From positions 512,001 to 576,000 of the forward strand of contig CAVYTU010000015.1 of assembly GCA_963771465.1 (NCBI GenBank): DNA of 64,000 nucleotides, in the 5' to 3' direction. Each line of letters starts with the position of its first letter. Position 1 is the stretch's first letter. Both the position numbers and the translations under genes were made by a program. This document shows, one piece after another, positions 44,758 to 53,536 of the stretch. Below the pieces are notes generated by a model. That model saw only the letters and a list, made by a program, of their open reading frames with translations, was not told where the DNA came from and made no database searches. This DNA comes from an uncultured delta proteobacterium. GTDB taxonomy: Bacteria > Desulfobacterota > Binatia > UBA9968.

Positions 44758-45324
44758 ATGGCAGGTAAGAACACCGCTGCATTTGGAATTTTTCCAGATG
44801 AAGTGAGTTTAAGAAATGGTGTGGAAACTTTGCAGAGAGAGGGATTTCGGACAGAGGATATTTCGGTGCTTTTCCCTCAAAACCAAGGCACCAAGGATTT
44901 TGCTCATGAGAAGGGAACAAAAGCGCCGGAAGGCGCGGCCACAGGCGCTGGCTCTGGCGCGGTCGTAGGCGGCGTGCTGGGTTGGCTTGCGGGAGTCGGC
45001 AGCATTGCTATTCCCGGTGTAGGGCCATTTATCGCCGCTGGACCGATCATGGCAGCCTTAGCGGGTGCCGGGGTTGGTGGAGCGGTGGGGGGATTGACCG
45101 GCGCCGTTATCGGCGCGGGGATACCCGAGTATGAAGCAAAAAGATACGAGGGGCTTGTTCGCAATGGCGGCATCCTCATATCGGTACATTGCGACAACTC
45201 GAAGTGGACGTCGAAAGCTAAGGATATTCTGGAAAGGACCGGAGCCGACGACGTTTCTTCTACAGGGGAGGCGAGGGCGGACTTTGCAGAGAGCGATAAA
45301 CCGCGACCTCGTGCTAACTTTTAA
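44758..45324 (+). CDS. General stress protein-like membrane protein
   Basis: TKAPEGAATG, IPGVGPFIAAGP, GIPEYEAKRYE, GGILISVH. Confidence 0.82.
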   Translation: MAGKNTAAFGIFPDEVSLRNGVETLQREGFRTEDISVLFPQNQGTKDFAHEKGTKAPEGAATGAGSGAVVGGVLGWLAGVGSIAIPGVGPFIAAGPIMAALAGAGVGGAVGGLTGAVIGAGIPEYEAKRYEGLVRNGGILISVHCDNSKWTSKAKDILERTGADDVSSTGEARADFAESDKPRPRANF

Positions 45325-45347
45325 GGCAGCTAGATAAAAGCAAGTGC

Positions 45348-45382
45348 AAAGAGGGGTTCGCCGCTACGGCGAACCCCTCTTT
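45348..45382 (+). terminator. Intrinsic terminator-like hairpin
   Basis: Perfect 16-bp inverted repeat AAAGAGGGGTTCGCCG-cta-CGGCGAACCCCTCTTT just after the stop at 45324. Confidence 0.8.
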
Positions 45383-45450
45383 ATTGAACGTGCCTCTCTC
45401 ACCGCGTTGCTTCGCCTTATTGCTTTTCTCGCTGTGGCGCTAGGGTTTTT

Positions 45451-45693
45451 ATGAAGATACCAATTGAACTAACCGAGGAATCCCGAAACCTGCTGGCGAA
45501 CCATTTTAAAGAAAACACGGACCTTCACCGAATTCTTGCCCACGCCAACCGCGATGAAGTGGCCGGCGTCGCAGTCTATGGATTTGAGTGCGAGCCAGCG
45601 CAGGCAGAGGCATTACTTGATATGGCGCGCGACCATTGCCCTCCTGCGGTGAAAGATATTGAGCATGCAATCTTTGCGGCTACTGCGGGGTGA
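45451..45693 (+). CDS. Small hypothetical protein (paralog of 41861-42115)
   Basis: Similarity to 41861-42115. Confidence 0.6.
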   Translation: MKIPIELTEESRNLLANHFKENTDLHRILAHANRDEVAGVAVYGFECEPAQAEALLDMARDHCPPAVKDIEHAIFAATAG

Positions 45694-45761
45694 GCCGTTT
45701 GAATGATCGTTGTGCCAAGTGAGGCCAGAGCCGGGAGAAACACTTCGCCTTGGAGTAAAAT

Positions 45762-46433
45762 ATGAAAAGCCCTTTTGCCACGCGCAGGAAAGCGGGCGAG
45801 GCGCTCGCGACCAAACTGGCAGCTTACGCGAATCGAGCGGACGTGCTTGTGCTTGGATTGCCGCGAGGCGGTGTGCCAGTTGCGTACGAAGTCGCACGAG
45901 CCTTGTGTGCGCCTTTGGATATTTTCCTCGTGCGCAAGCTTGGCGTGCCTGGACATGAAGAATTGGCCATGGGTGCTATTGCCACCGGTGGGGTGCGCGT
46001 TTTGAACGATGAAACCATCGCATTACTTCACATTCCCGTGTCTGTAATCGAAGCCGTCGCGCACCGGGAACAACAAGAGCTGGAAAGACGTGAACAGCTG
46101 TACCGTGGAGACCAGGCTAAACCGGACGTGCAAGGGCGCACAGTCATCCTGGTCGATGATGGACTAGCCACGGGCTCGACCATGCGTGCAGCGGCAATTG
46201 CGCTCCGCGGAATGGGGCCATCCAGAATAGTCGTGGCAGTGCCGGTTGGCGCCCAGGAAAGTTGTGACGAATTTTGCGAGGAGGTCGATGAAGTGGTATG
46301 CGCGGTCACGCCCGAACCGTTCAGGTCAGTCGGCGCATCATACGTGGACTTTTCCCAAACGAGCGACGAAGAGGTGCGCCGCTTGCTGCAAAAAACCGTA
46401 GGTGATGAGCGGCGGGTTTTTCACCTCGCGTGA
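45762..46433 (+). CDS. Phosphoribosyltransferase (type I) family protein
   Basis: LGLPRGGVPVA, VRKLGVPGHEELAMGA, VILVDDGLATG. Confidence 0.92.
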   Translation: MKSPFATRRKAGEALATKLAAYANRADVLVLGLPRGGVPVAYEVARALCAPLDIFLVRKLGVPGHEELAMGAIATGGVRVLNDETIALLHIPVSVIEAVAHREQQELERREQLYRGDQAKPDVQGRTVILVDDGLATGSTMRAAAIALRGMGPSRIVVAVPVGAQESCDEFCEEVDEVVCAVTPEPFRSVGASYVDFSQTSDEEVRRLLQKTVGDERRVFHLA

Positions 46434-46445
46434 TCCGAGAGCAAT

Positions 46446-46931
46446 TTAATTACGGCGCGTAATTGTATGGATAGGGTTTGAAATGCTATTTCGCCGCTTG
46501 TACATAGCCACAGCGGTTTCACGAATTGAACTCATATCTAGGGTTTCCGATTGCACGTCTCCAGCCCTGGTCTGATATTCCAGCTCGACGTCCCCAGCCT
46601 TGGAGGGGCAGCAGTTGCTAAGACGCCGCAGCTCTCCTCGTTTACTATCAACGTATTTACCGGTGGCCCGAAGGATTTCAGGCAAGCTGTCGAAACGAAG
46701 TTCGGACTTGGTTTGACGACGCCGGGCCTGACCTTCACGATCGATAATTTGGATGCTATCGCTTGAAAACTGAAGCTTGAGCATACCCGTGTACGGTGGA
46801 TTGGGATCGCCGCATTCCACGATAAATTCGTCGGCCTCAGTGGTAATCAATTCGAAAAGATCGATGTTGTGGTTTTCCAACGCTTGACCGATGCACCTAA
46901 GGGCGCTGGCATAGGGAGGACGATAAAGCAT
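46446..46931 (-). CDS. Hypothetical protein with internal repeat (paralog of 60527-61027)
   Basis: ALRCIGQALE and ILRATGKYVD repeats. Confidence 0.7.
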   Translation of the reverse strand: MLYRPPYASALRCIGQALENHNIDLFELITTEADEFIVECGDPNPPYTGMLKLQFSSDSIQIIDREGQARRRQTKSELRFDSLPEILRATGKYVDSKRGELRRLSNCCPSKAGDVELEYQTRAGDVQSETLDMSSIRETAVAMYKRRNSISNPIHTITRRN

Positions 46932-47028
46932 ATCATGTAAGAAAGTTTCCGGTTGCCTATGCCGCCGGATAGTGCGCCTCGATTCAGTTGACGATTTTAA
47001 AAAAGCTCGCGCTTAGATGAGTGATCCA

Positions 47029-47043
47029 GCAAAGGAGTTGCCT
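47029..47043 (-). promoter_or_regulatory. Possible sigma-54 promoter
   Basis: AGGCAACTCCTTTGC (GG-N10-GC, two mismatches). Confidence 0.45.
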
Positions 47044-47126
47044 CCTGTACCCATTCTTTAAACTCCTTCTTCTCTGTAACTGTCTTAATCTGCTGTAACT
47101 CCTCGATCCAAAGTGTGTGAACCGTT

Positions 47127-47588
47127 TTACTTCTCGCGATGCAAATCAACGCTAAGCTTCTCTAAGGTTTTATCGTCCAACAATCCCGTCGCCGGCAAGC
47201 TGTTCTGTTTTTGAAATTTCGCCAAGGCTTCCTGAGTCTCTTCGTCCAATTTACCATCATCACCGGGGTTCAACCCCTTTGCCCGAAGCGCTTGCTGTGC
47301 ACGCCTAACATCTGTGGGGCTAATTACCATTTTTTCTTCGATGATCTCAGCCGGACGACTGGTCCGCGGAAGCGGAACTTCCTGCGGAAGACCGGGGTTT
47401 AGACGCGGAGTATTTGGCCCCGGAATTCCAGGATCTGATTGAGGCGGCCGTGGAAATATAGGATTGGGCTGCGGTACTTTTGAGGCAGGTGTCTGCTCGT
47501 TGCCCACCTGCGCCATCAGATCCGTCCTGAATCCGAGGCCTAGCAAAGATGAAACGATCAAAATAAGAGTTCCCTCGCGCGTTTTCAT
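47127..47588 (-). CDS. Secreted peptidoglycan-binding-domain protein (paralog of 42177-42572)
   Basis: Near-identical C-terminal half; 39-bp exact DNA identity 47326-47364 vs 42379-42417. Confidence 0.85.
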   Translation of the reverse strand: MKTREGTLILIVSSLLGLGFRTDLMAQVGNEQTPASKVPQPNPIFPRPPQSDPGIPGPNTPRLNPGLPQEVPLPRTSRPAEIIEEKMVISPTDVRRAQQALRAKGLNPGDDGKLDEETQEALAKFQKQNSLPATGLLDDKTLEKLSVDLHREK

Positions 47589-47650
47589 ATTTCTATCCCC
47601 CTATTGTCTAGAATGAAAACTCACTTCGACCTATCACTACAGGTTAAGGG

Positions 47651-47665
47651 GCAAACTATATGCCA
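47651..47665 (-). promoter_or_regulatory. Sigma-54 promoter
   Basis: TGGCATATAGTTTGC; palindrome TGTCGGTGTTTTTCCGAC at 47715-47732. Confidence 0.85.
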
Positions 47666-47960
47666 AACCAAATCCTTAGATTTGCAGCGGATTTTGATCA
47701 GACTAACCGATATCTGTCGGTGTTTTTCCGACTTGGGTGTAGGGATGAACTAGCACTCCGTCACCGGCGATAAAACCGCTGCACATCGCTTTAACTGGCA
47801 ATACGAGGCGGGCGCTCGCAGATGGGGGCGGAGGAGAACAGGTAATGTTCGTTAAGCCCTTGGCCTGAAATCCCCCAGCCCCTTCCGAAGCCCATCCACG
47901 ATTGGGCAGGTAACATGTCGCGTGGAAACTCGATCGATTACTTCCACTTCGTGCAGGCGT

Positions 47961-48566
47961 TTAGTGTTTATTTCCCAGCATTTCGGAGCGGCTTTGCTTA
48001 GCACGAGCAGCTCCTATGGCAGTTTTGACATCCTTTTTTTCTTCAGGGGGTGGGATCACAGCGGGAAAGCCCATCGATTGCATCCACAATTCCCGACTCC
48101 ATCCTTTGGTATGATATAGGTGCTCGTCTTCCTCGTCCTCAACCTCTTTGTGGGCCTCTTTCAACGCTTTACCATTTTCACCCTTGACCTTCTTGGCGGC
48201 TAGACCAATCAATTCCCAGTTCAAATGATCCTTGGTCTCCGCTTCTGCCACACACTCGGCCGCAACAATTTCAGCGGCTTCCGGCTTCCCCGATTGCTGG
48301 GCCATTTCCATAGCCTTCACAAGCGACTGCCCGATATGACGCACCACTTGGCGGCCGGGTGTTTCCGTTTCAGGGTCGAGCCCGAGTTTTTCGAACATGT
48401 CGCGCACGATCTTTACGTGGTTGGTGGTTTGCTCTAAATACTCTTCCCACTCCGTCTTCAAATCTTCATTCACGGCGCACTGAATCGCCTGTTCATAAAC
48501 TTTCACACCGCCGAGTTCCGTCTCCAAAGCCTCATAGAGAAGCTGGTTCAGCTCTTCGTTTTCCAT
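47961..48566 (-). CDS. Ferritin-like (DUF892/YciF-like) stress protein
   Basis: LYEALETELGG, EQTTNH, AETKDHLNW, EEDEH. Confidence 0.85.
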   Translation of the reverse strand: MENEELNQLLYEALETELGGVKVYEQAIQCAVNEDLKTEWEEYLEQTTNHVKIVRDMFEKLGLDPETETPGRQVVRHIGQSLVKAMEMAQQSGKPEAAEIVAAECVAEAETKDHLNWELIGLAAKKVKGENGKALKEAHKEVEDEEDEHLYHTKGWSRELWMQSMGFPAVIPPPEEKKDVKTAIGAARAKQSRSEMLGNKH

Positions 48567-48605
48567 TTGTAGCCCCCTTAAAAATTTCTTCTATGATCGT
48601 TGGCA

Positions 48606-48620
48606 GCAACGGTCGTGCCA
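48606..48620 (-). promoter_or_regulatory. Sigma-54 promoter
   Basis: TGGCACGACCGTTGC, 40 bp upstream of the ATG. Confidence 0.85.
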
Positions 48621-48949
48621 CATGGCCGGCACTATTGGAGCTCAGCTAGTACTGTGCAAGTGAAATTTATTTTTGGGGCCCGTGTCTGACATTTGGGAAT
48701 AAGGCGCAAAAATACATCCAAAAAATGAGACACGTTCGACGCCATCCGGCATAAAATTCACCCAGCTGATTGCGATATACACGTGTGCAGGAAAGACCCG
48801 ATAGATTTCACGGGCTACCTCGAATCATGGAACTAGAGGCGGTCGGTGAACTTGAATGTCGACGATGGTTAAATATATCCATCAACTCGAGTGTTTTTCT
48901 CTTGGCAAATTCCTTCAAGACAATTGGCAAATTTCCATTTGCATACCAC

Positions 48950-48983
48950 TAACCGGTAGAAACGAGTAACCGGTAGAAACGAG
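48950..48983. repeat. 17-bp tandem duplication
   Basis: TAACCGGTAGAAACGAG x2. Confidence 0.9.
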
Positions 48984-48985
48984 CT

Positions 48986-49000
48986 TGGCACAATCCTTGG
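48986..49000 (+). promoter_or_regulatory. Sigma-54-like promoter (variant -12 GG)
   Basis: TGGCACAATCCTTGG; tandem TTGGCAAATT boxes at about 48902 and 48924. Confidence 0.45.
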
Positions 49001-49115
49001 GTAATTATTCGAACAATCGAGTCGATCCACACGCTAAATCGGTGTGGCATCTAGATCAGATGCAGACGCTCTAGAGGCTCTGCCGTAGCCGTATTTGAAA
49101 AGAAGAGGAATAAGG

Positions 49116-50165
49116 ATGAAGCCTTCGATGGACAAGTTATCCCGCTCTCCCCTGGCTCTTGCCGGCTTGATAACTGCCTCAGCCGTTTATGCAGGGCGTC
49201 AAGTCGCACGGCGGCGGCGCCGGATCGATTTCGCCGGCAAGACCGTGGTTATTTCCGGCGGCTCGCGCGGCTTAGGATTGGAACTCGCTCGCGCGTTTGC
49301 CTCCGAGGGAGCTAATATCGCGCTGTTAGCGCGAGATGAAAACAATTTACAACGCGGCGCGAGTCAACTGCAGCAATTCGGTTCGCGCGTGACTCCTTTG
49401 GTATGCGATGTTGGCGACCACGATCAAGTGAAACAGACAATCGCCTTCATTCTTGGCCAACATCAACAGATCGAAGTATTGGTCAATAATGCAGGAATCA
49501 TTCAAGTCGGACCGCTAGAAAACATGGCTCGTGAGGATTACGAACGGAGCATGAGAACGCATTTCTGGGGTCCGCTTAATTTAATGAACGAGGTCATTCC
49601 CGCTATGCAGGCGGCCTCCTCTGGGCGAATTGTAAATATCGCTTCGATTGGCGGACGAGTTGCAGTGCCTCACTTGCTACCCTATGTCGCAAGCAAGTTT
49701 GCTTTAGTTGGGCTGTCGGAGGGTATGCGGGCTGAGTTGCTGAAAGATGGTATTTTCGTAACGACGGTCTCTCCCGGTTTAATGCGAACCGGATCTCATT
49801 TGAATGCTTTTTTCAAAGGACAACACAAGAAGGAGTATGCGTTATTTGCTCTTGCCAACGCGTCGCCGTTGCTTTCGACGGCTTCGCTCACCGCGGCACG
49901 CAAAATTCTCGAAGCCTGCCGTTATGGTGCAGCCGAGATCACAATCACGCCCCAAGCTAAGTTGCTGCGGGTTGCGCACGGTCTTTTCCCTTCGCTAGTC
50001 ACCAACGCACTCGGCTGGGTCGGGCGTTTGCTTCCGGAGGCTGCTAGTCAAGGAATGAATGTTTCGAAACCAGGGTGGAAAAGCAAATCATCAATGGCGC
50101 CGGCATTCCTAACGCGATCCGCCGACCGTGCGGCACACCGCAACAACGAGATTGCGGGGGAATAG
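49116..50165 (+). CDS. Short-chain dehydrogenase/reductase
   Basis: SGGSRGLG, VNNAG, YVASK. Confidence 0.92.
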   Translation: MKPSMDKLSRSPLALAGLITASAVYAGRQVARRRRRIDFAGKTVVISGGSRGLGLELARAFASEGANIALLARDENNLQRGASQLQQFGSRVTPLVCDVGDHDQVKQTIAFILGQHQQIEVLVNNAGIIQVGPLENMAREDYERSMRTHFWGPLNLMNEVIPAMQAASSGRIVNIASIGGRVAVPHLLPYVASKFALVGLSEGMRAELLKDGIFVTTVSPGLMRTGSHLNAFFKGQHKKEYALFALANASPLLSTASLTAARKILEACRYGAAEITITPQAKLLRVAHGLFPSLVTNALGWVGRLLPEAASQGMNVSKPGWKSKSSMAPAFLTRSADRAAHRNNEIAGE

Positions 50166-50356
50166 CCGTCATTTCAGCCACCTTCGGCCAGCGTTAATAA
50201 TCTGTTCACCATGTGTTGCTTTCCAGCCACGATGTTAAATGTCACTCCGTCGAACCGTTCTCAGCGACGGCAACCTTTTTGCCCTCGATTAAAGTCTCTG
50301 GCGGCAGCTTGCGCAAGTTGTAGCGATATACGGCGAAAGCATGCGGTACATCGTCG

Positions 50357-52511
50357 CTAAGCTGAAGACGTCTCTCGCTTCCAATAACGCAATTCACCGC
50401 ACGCTTTGATAAAGTTACCAGCATCGGCAGGGACCGTTAACACCAAGCACGCTTCGTCGAGGTTACCGGCGATGCCGGCCTTTTCCAGCAATGGCTGGGC
50501 TTCCTTTGAGTACCCAATGAATTTCAAATGAGCGAATGCGTCAGCGACAAAATCGCGAGCGCTGGGTTCTTTTGCCAATAGGTCGGACGCCGTCTTGGAA
50601 GCAAGTAACGCTACTGCGTCGAATAGTACAGAGGGTCCCCCTGCGAGCTTGTGCTGAGCTTCAACCCATGTGTCGTCGCTCATTTTGACGCCGCCGATCA
50701 TCGGCGCGATTATTTCTACGACCGCCCCTTGCTTGGCCGCCGCTTGTTGGAGCGCAGTCAAAACCCTGGCATCTGCGCCATCGGTCAGCAGCACGCCCAA
50801 CTTTCGTCCTTTAAAGCTCTTCGGGCCGTTCAGTAGAATACTGAGAGCCGGCGACTTCGTCAGATCACTACGTGTCGCTCGCGCCGCCTCAGCTGGAGGC
50901 GGCATCGTTTTTAGGCGTAACCCGTCGGCAACCTTTTTCGCCAGCTCTTTGTCTATGTTCAGCAAATGTCCAACAACGCGCTGGCGAATTACTGGACGCT
51001 CGACCTTGCTCAGTTCGAAAACCAACGCCGCCGCAATATGGTTTTGCTCATTGGGAGTTTGACTGATATAAAATTGCCGCGCTTGGGAATAATGGTCAGC
51101 GAAGCTTTCCGATCGGATCCGCAATTTCGGTGCCGGATTCCTGCGCTTGATAACTGCCGAAGCCTTGCGGCGTTTCCCGGGGACCCACATCAGCGTTAAT
51201 AGAATTAGGTTCATAATTTATCTGCCCCATGGGGTTATGCATCGCCATGTGGCCGTCCTGCTGAAAGTGGGCGAACGGGCATTTCGGCGCATTAACTGGA
51301 ATATGGGTAAAGTTCGGACCACCTAAACGTTTCAACTGGGTATCGAGATAAGAGAAATTGCGCCCTTGCAGTAGCGGGTCATTGGAGAAATCGATGCCAG
51401 GAACAATATTCTGAGTGCAGAATGCTACCTGCTCGGTTTCAGCAAAAAAGTTACTGACAACCTTGTCGAGAACCAACCGCCCGACAATGCGAACCGGAAC
51501 TTCTTCTTCCGGGATCAATTTCGTCGCGTCGAGGACATCGAAATCGAAACGCTCGGCAAAATCCTCATTGAAAAGTTGCAGACCCAATTGCCATTCGGGA
51601 AAATCGCCCTTTTGAATAGCATTCCATAAATCACGGCGATGAAAATCGGGATCAGCGCCATTGATCTTTACCGCTTCATTCCAGACTACTGATTGCAAGC
51701 CAAGTTTTGGTTTCCAATGAAATTTAACGAAGGTCGATTTTCCTTGGGCGTTTACCAACCGAAACGTATGCACGCCGAAACCCTCCATGAAACGAAACGA
51801 ACGTGGAATGGCTCGATCCGACATAACCCACATGATCATATGCATACTCTCGGGCATGAGTGATATGAAATCCCAGAAATTGTCGTGCGCGGAAGCTGCC
51901 TGAGGAAAACCGCGGTCTGGTTCTTCTTTAACCGAATGAACCAGATCGGGAAACTTCATCGCATCCTGGATGAAAAAGACCGGTATATTATTGCCAACAA
52001 TGTCCCAGTTACCTTGCTTAGTATAAAGTTTTACCGCGAAACCACGAACGTCGCGCGCCAGATCGGGAGAACCTTTGTTACCCGCGACAGTGGAAAAACG
52101 CACGAAAGCTGGAGTCTTTTCCCCGGCGCGCTGGAAAATATCGGCTGAGGTTATATCCGAGAGCGACTCGTAGGTTTCAAAATAGCCGTGGGCGCCAAAA
52201 CCGCGGGCATGTACGACTCGCTCAGGTATCCGCTCGTGGTCGAAATGAAAGATTTTGTCGCGCAGAACTTGATCTTCCAACAGTGTCGGGCCGCGGGCGC
52301 CGATTCTAAGTGAATTTTGATCGTCTGAAACCGGCGCCCCTTGCTGAGTAGTCAACAACGCTGCTTTTGCGCTCGCTAGTTGATGAGTCTCGCCTCCGAC
52401 CCCCTGCTTAGTGTTTTGATTACCAGACCGGGCGTCTGTCAGTTTTCTTGCGGACGAACTATTTTTGCTCTCGCTCGCTGTCTTGTTCCGGGATTTTGTC
52501 GCTTTCGCCAT
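50357..52511 (-). CDS. katE: Large-subunit catalase (HPII/KatE) with DJ-1-like C-domain; frameshift near 51130
   Basis: [59 protein letters not shown]. Confidence 0.94.
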
Positions 52512-52560
52512 CGACGACTCCTTATAAGTAAAATGAGGAATGCTTTTTACCAGCGACGGC

Positions 52561-52575
52561 GCAATTAGCATGCCT
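52561..52575 (-). promoter_or_regulatory. Sigma-54 promoter of katE
   Basis: AGGCATGCTAATTGC, 50 bp upstream of the ATG at 52511. Confidence 0.7.
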
Positions 52576-52701
52576 GTGATTGAATGGGTGTTTGTCGAAT
52601 CGAACACTGCAACTAAGCGAGTCTATGTCTTGAATATGGGATTATGATTCAAGCGATGTCTCTATTTTGGCACGAACATGGAGGAAGGATCGTAGAATCG
52701 C

Positions 52702-52716
52702 TGGCATGTCAGTTGC
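52702..52716 (+). promoter_or_regulatory. Sigma-54 promoter (divergent from katE)
   Basis: TGGCATGTCAGTTGC. Confidence 0.82.
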
Positions 52717-52835
52717 TCATTCGTTCACTAGCAATCTTAACACTGAGGAATGCATACAAGCGTCAAGCGAAACCCCAAACCGCATTTTGACTTGGTAGTG
52801 AAAAATAAAATTTTAAAACTCGGGAGGGAAAATCA

Positions 52836-53366
52836 ATGAAATCTAAAGCACTGTCCATTACGGGATCCGTTTTGGTGGCGGTCTGGATGACTAGCAATAC
52901 GGTCCACGCACAGTCAAAGGAAACCAAAAGCGAAACAATCCATCCGCCGCTATCTGGACCTGGAGCATCGGTTGGAGGATCCCGATCGGAACGAACTGGT
53001 CCAGGAGTGCCGTTGCCAGAAGGAAGTCGTGAATCCGGTACAGTCGAAAAGGGTCCAAGTGGTAACTCCAATAGGGCAACGAATGATAGTAGCGAGAATC
53101 TTAAAGCAGTCCAGCAAGCGCTTAAAGATAAGGGTTATGATCCCGGTCCGATAAATGGCGTAATGACGCCACAAACGACCGCCGCGATCAGGTCATTTCA
53201 GAGCGCGAGTAAAATATCACCGACCGGCACTCTCACCGCGGAAACTTCAGCAAAGCTCGGAGCACAATCTAATAGCTCAGGGAGTGGGTCCAGTGGCACG
53301 CGTAATACGAAGTCAAGTGATACGACGGTAGGAAAAGATACTGACCAACCTAACAAGAATCCCTAA
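52836..53366 (+). CDS. Secreted low-complexity protein with peptidoglycan-binding domain
   Basis: VQQALKDKGYDPGPING.MTPQT.AAIRSFQ...TG.L. Confidence 0.85.
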   Translation: MKSKALSITGSVLVAVWMTSNTVHAQSKETKSETIHPPLSGPGASVGGSRSERTGPGVPLPEGSRESGTVEKGPSGNSNRATNDSSENLKAVQQALKDKGYDPGPINGVMTPQTTAAIRSFQSASKISPTGTLTAETSAKLGAQSNSSGSGSSGTRNTKSSDTTVGKDTDQPNKNP

Positions 53367-53536
53367 ATATAGAATGACGATAAAGCCTGTTATTTGGGCG
53401 GCCACCGCGGCAGCCGAACGCTGCGCGGTGGTCCGTCACAGAGTGCAATGTGGCATAGTTCCTACCAATCCGGTACAGAGCCGCACCTGCCCAAACTCAG
53501 ACCGACGACGAGCCCGGTCTACGATAACTACGAGAC

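Noticed and set aside
44758-45324. Second ActD subunit
   Set aside because: It lacks the ActD motifs seen at 27254-27814. The Gly-rich hairpin matches the stress-protein type at 37867.
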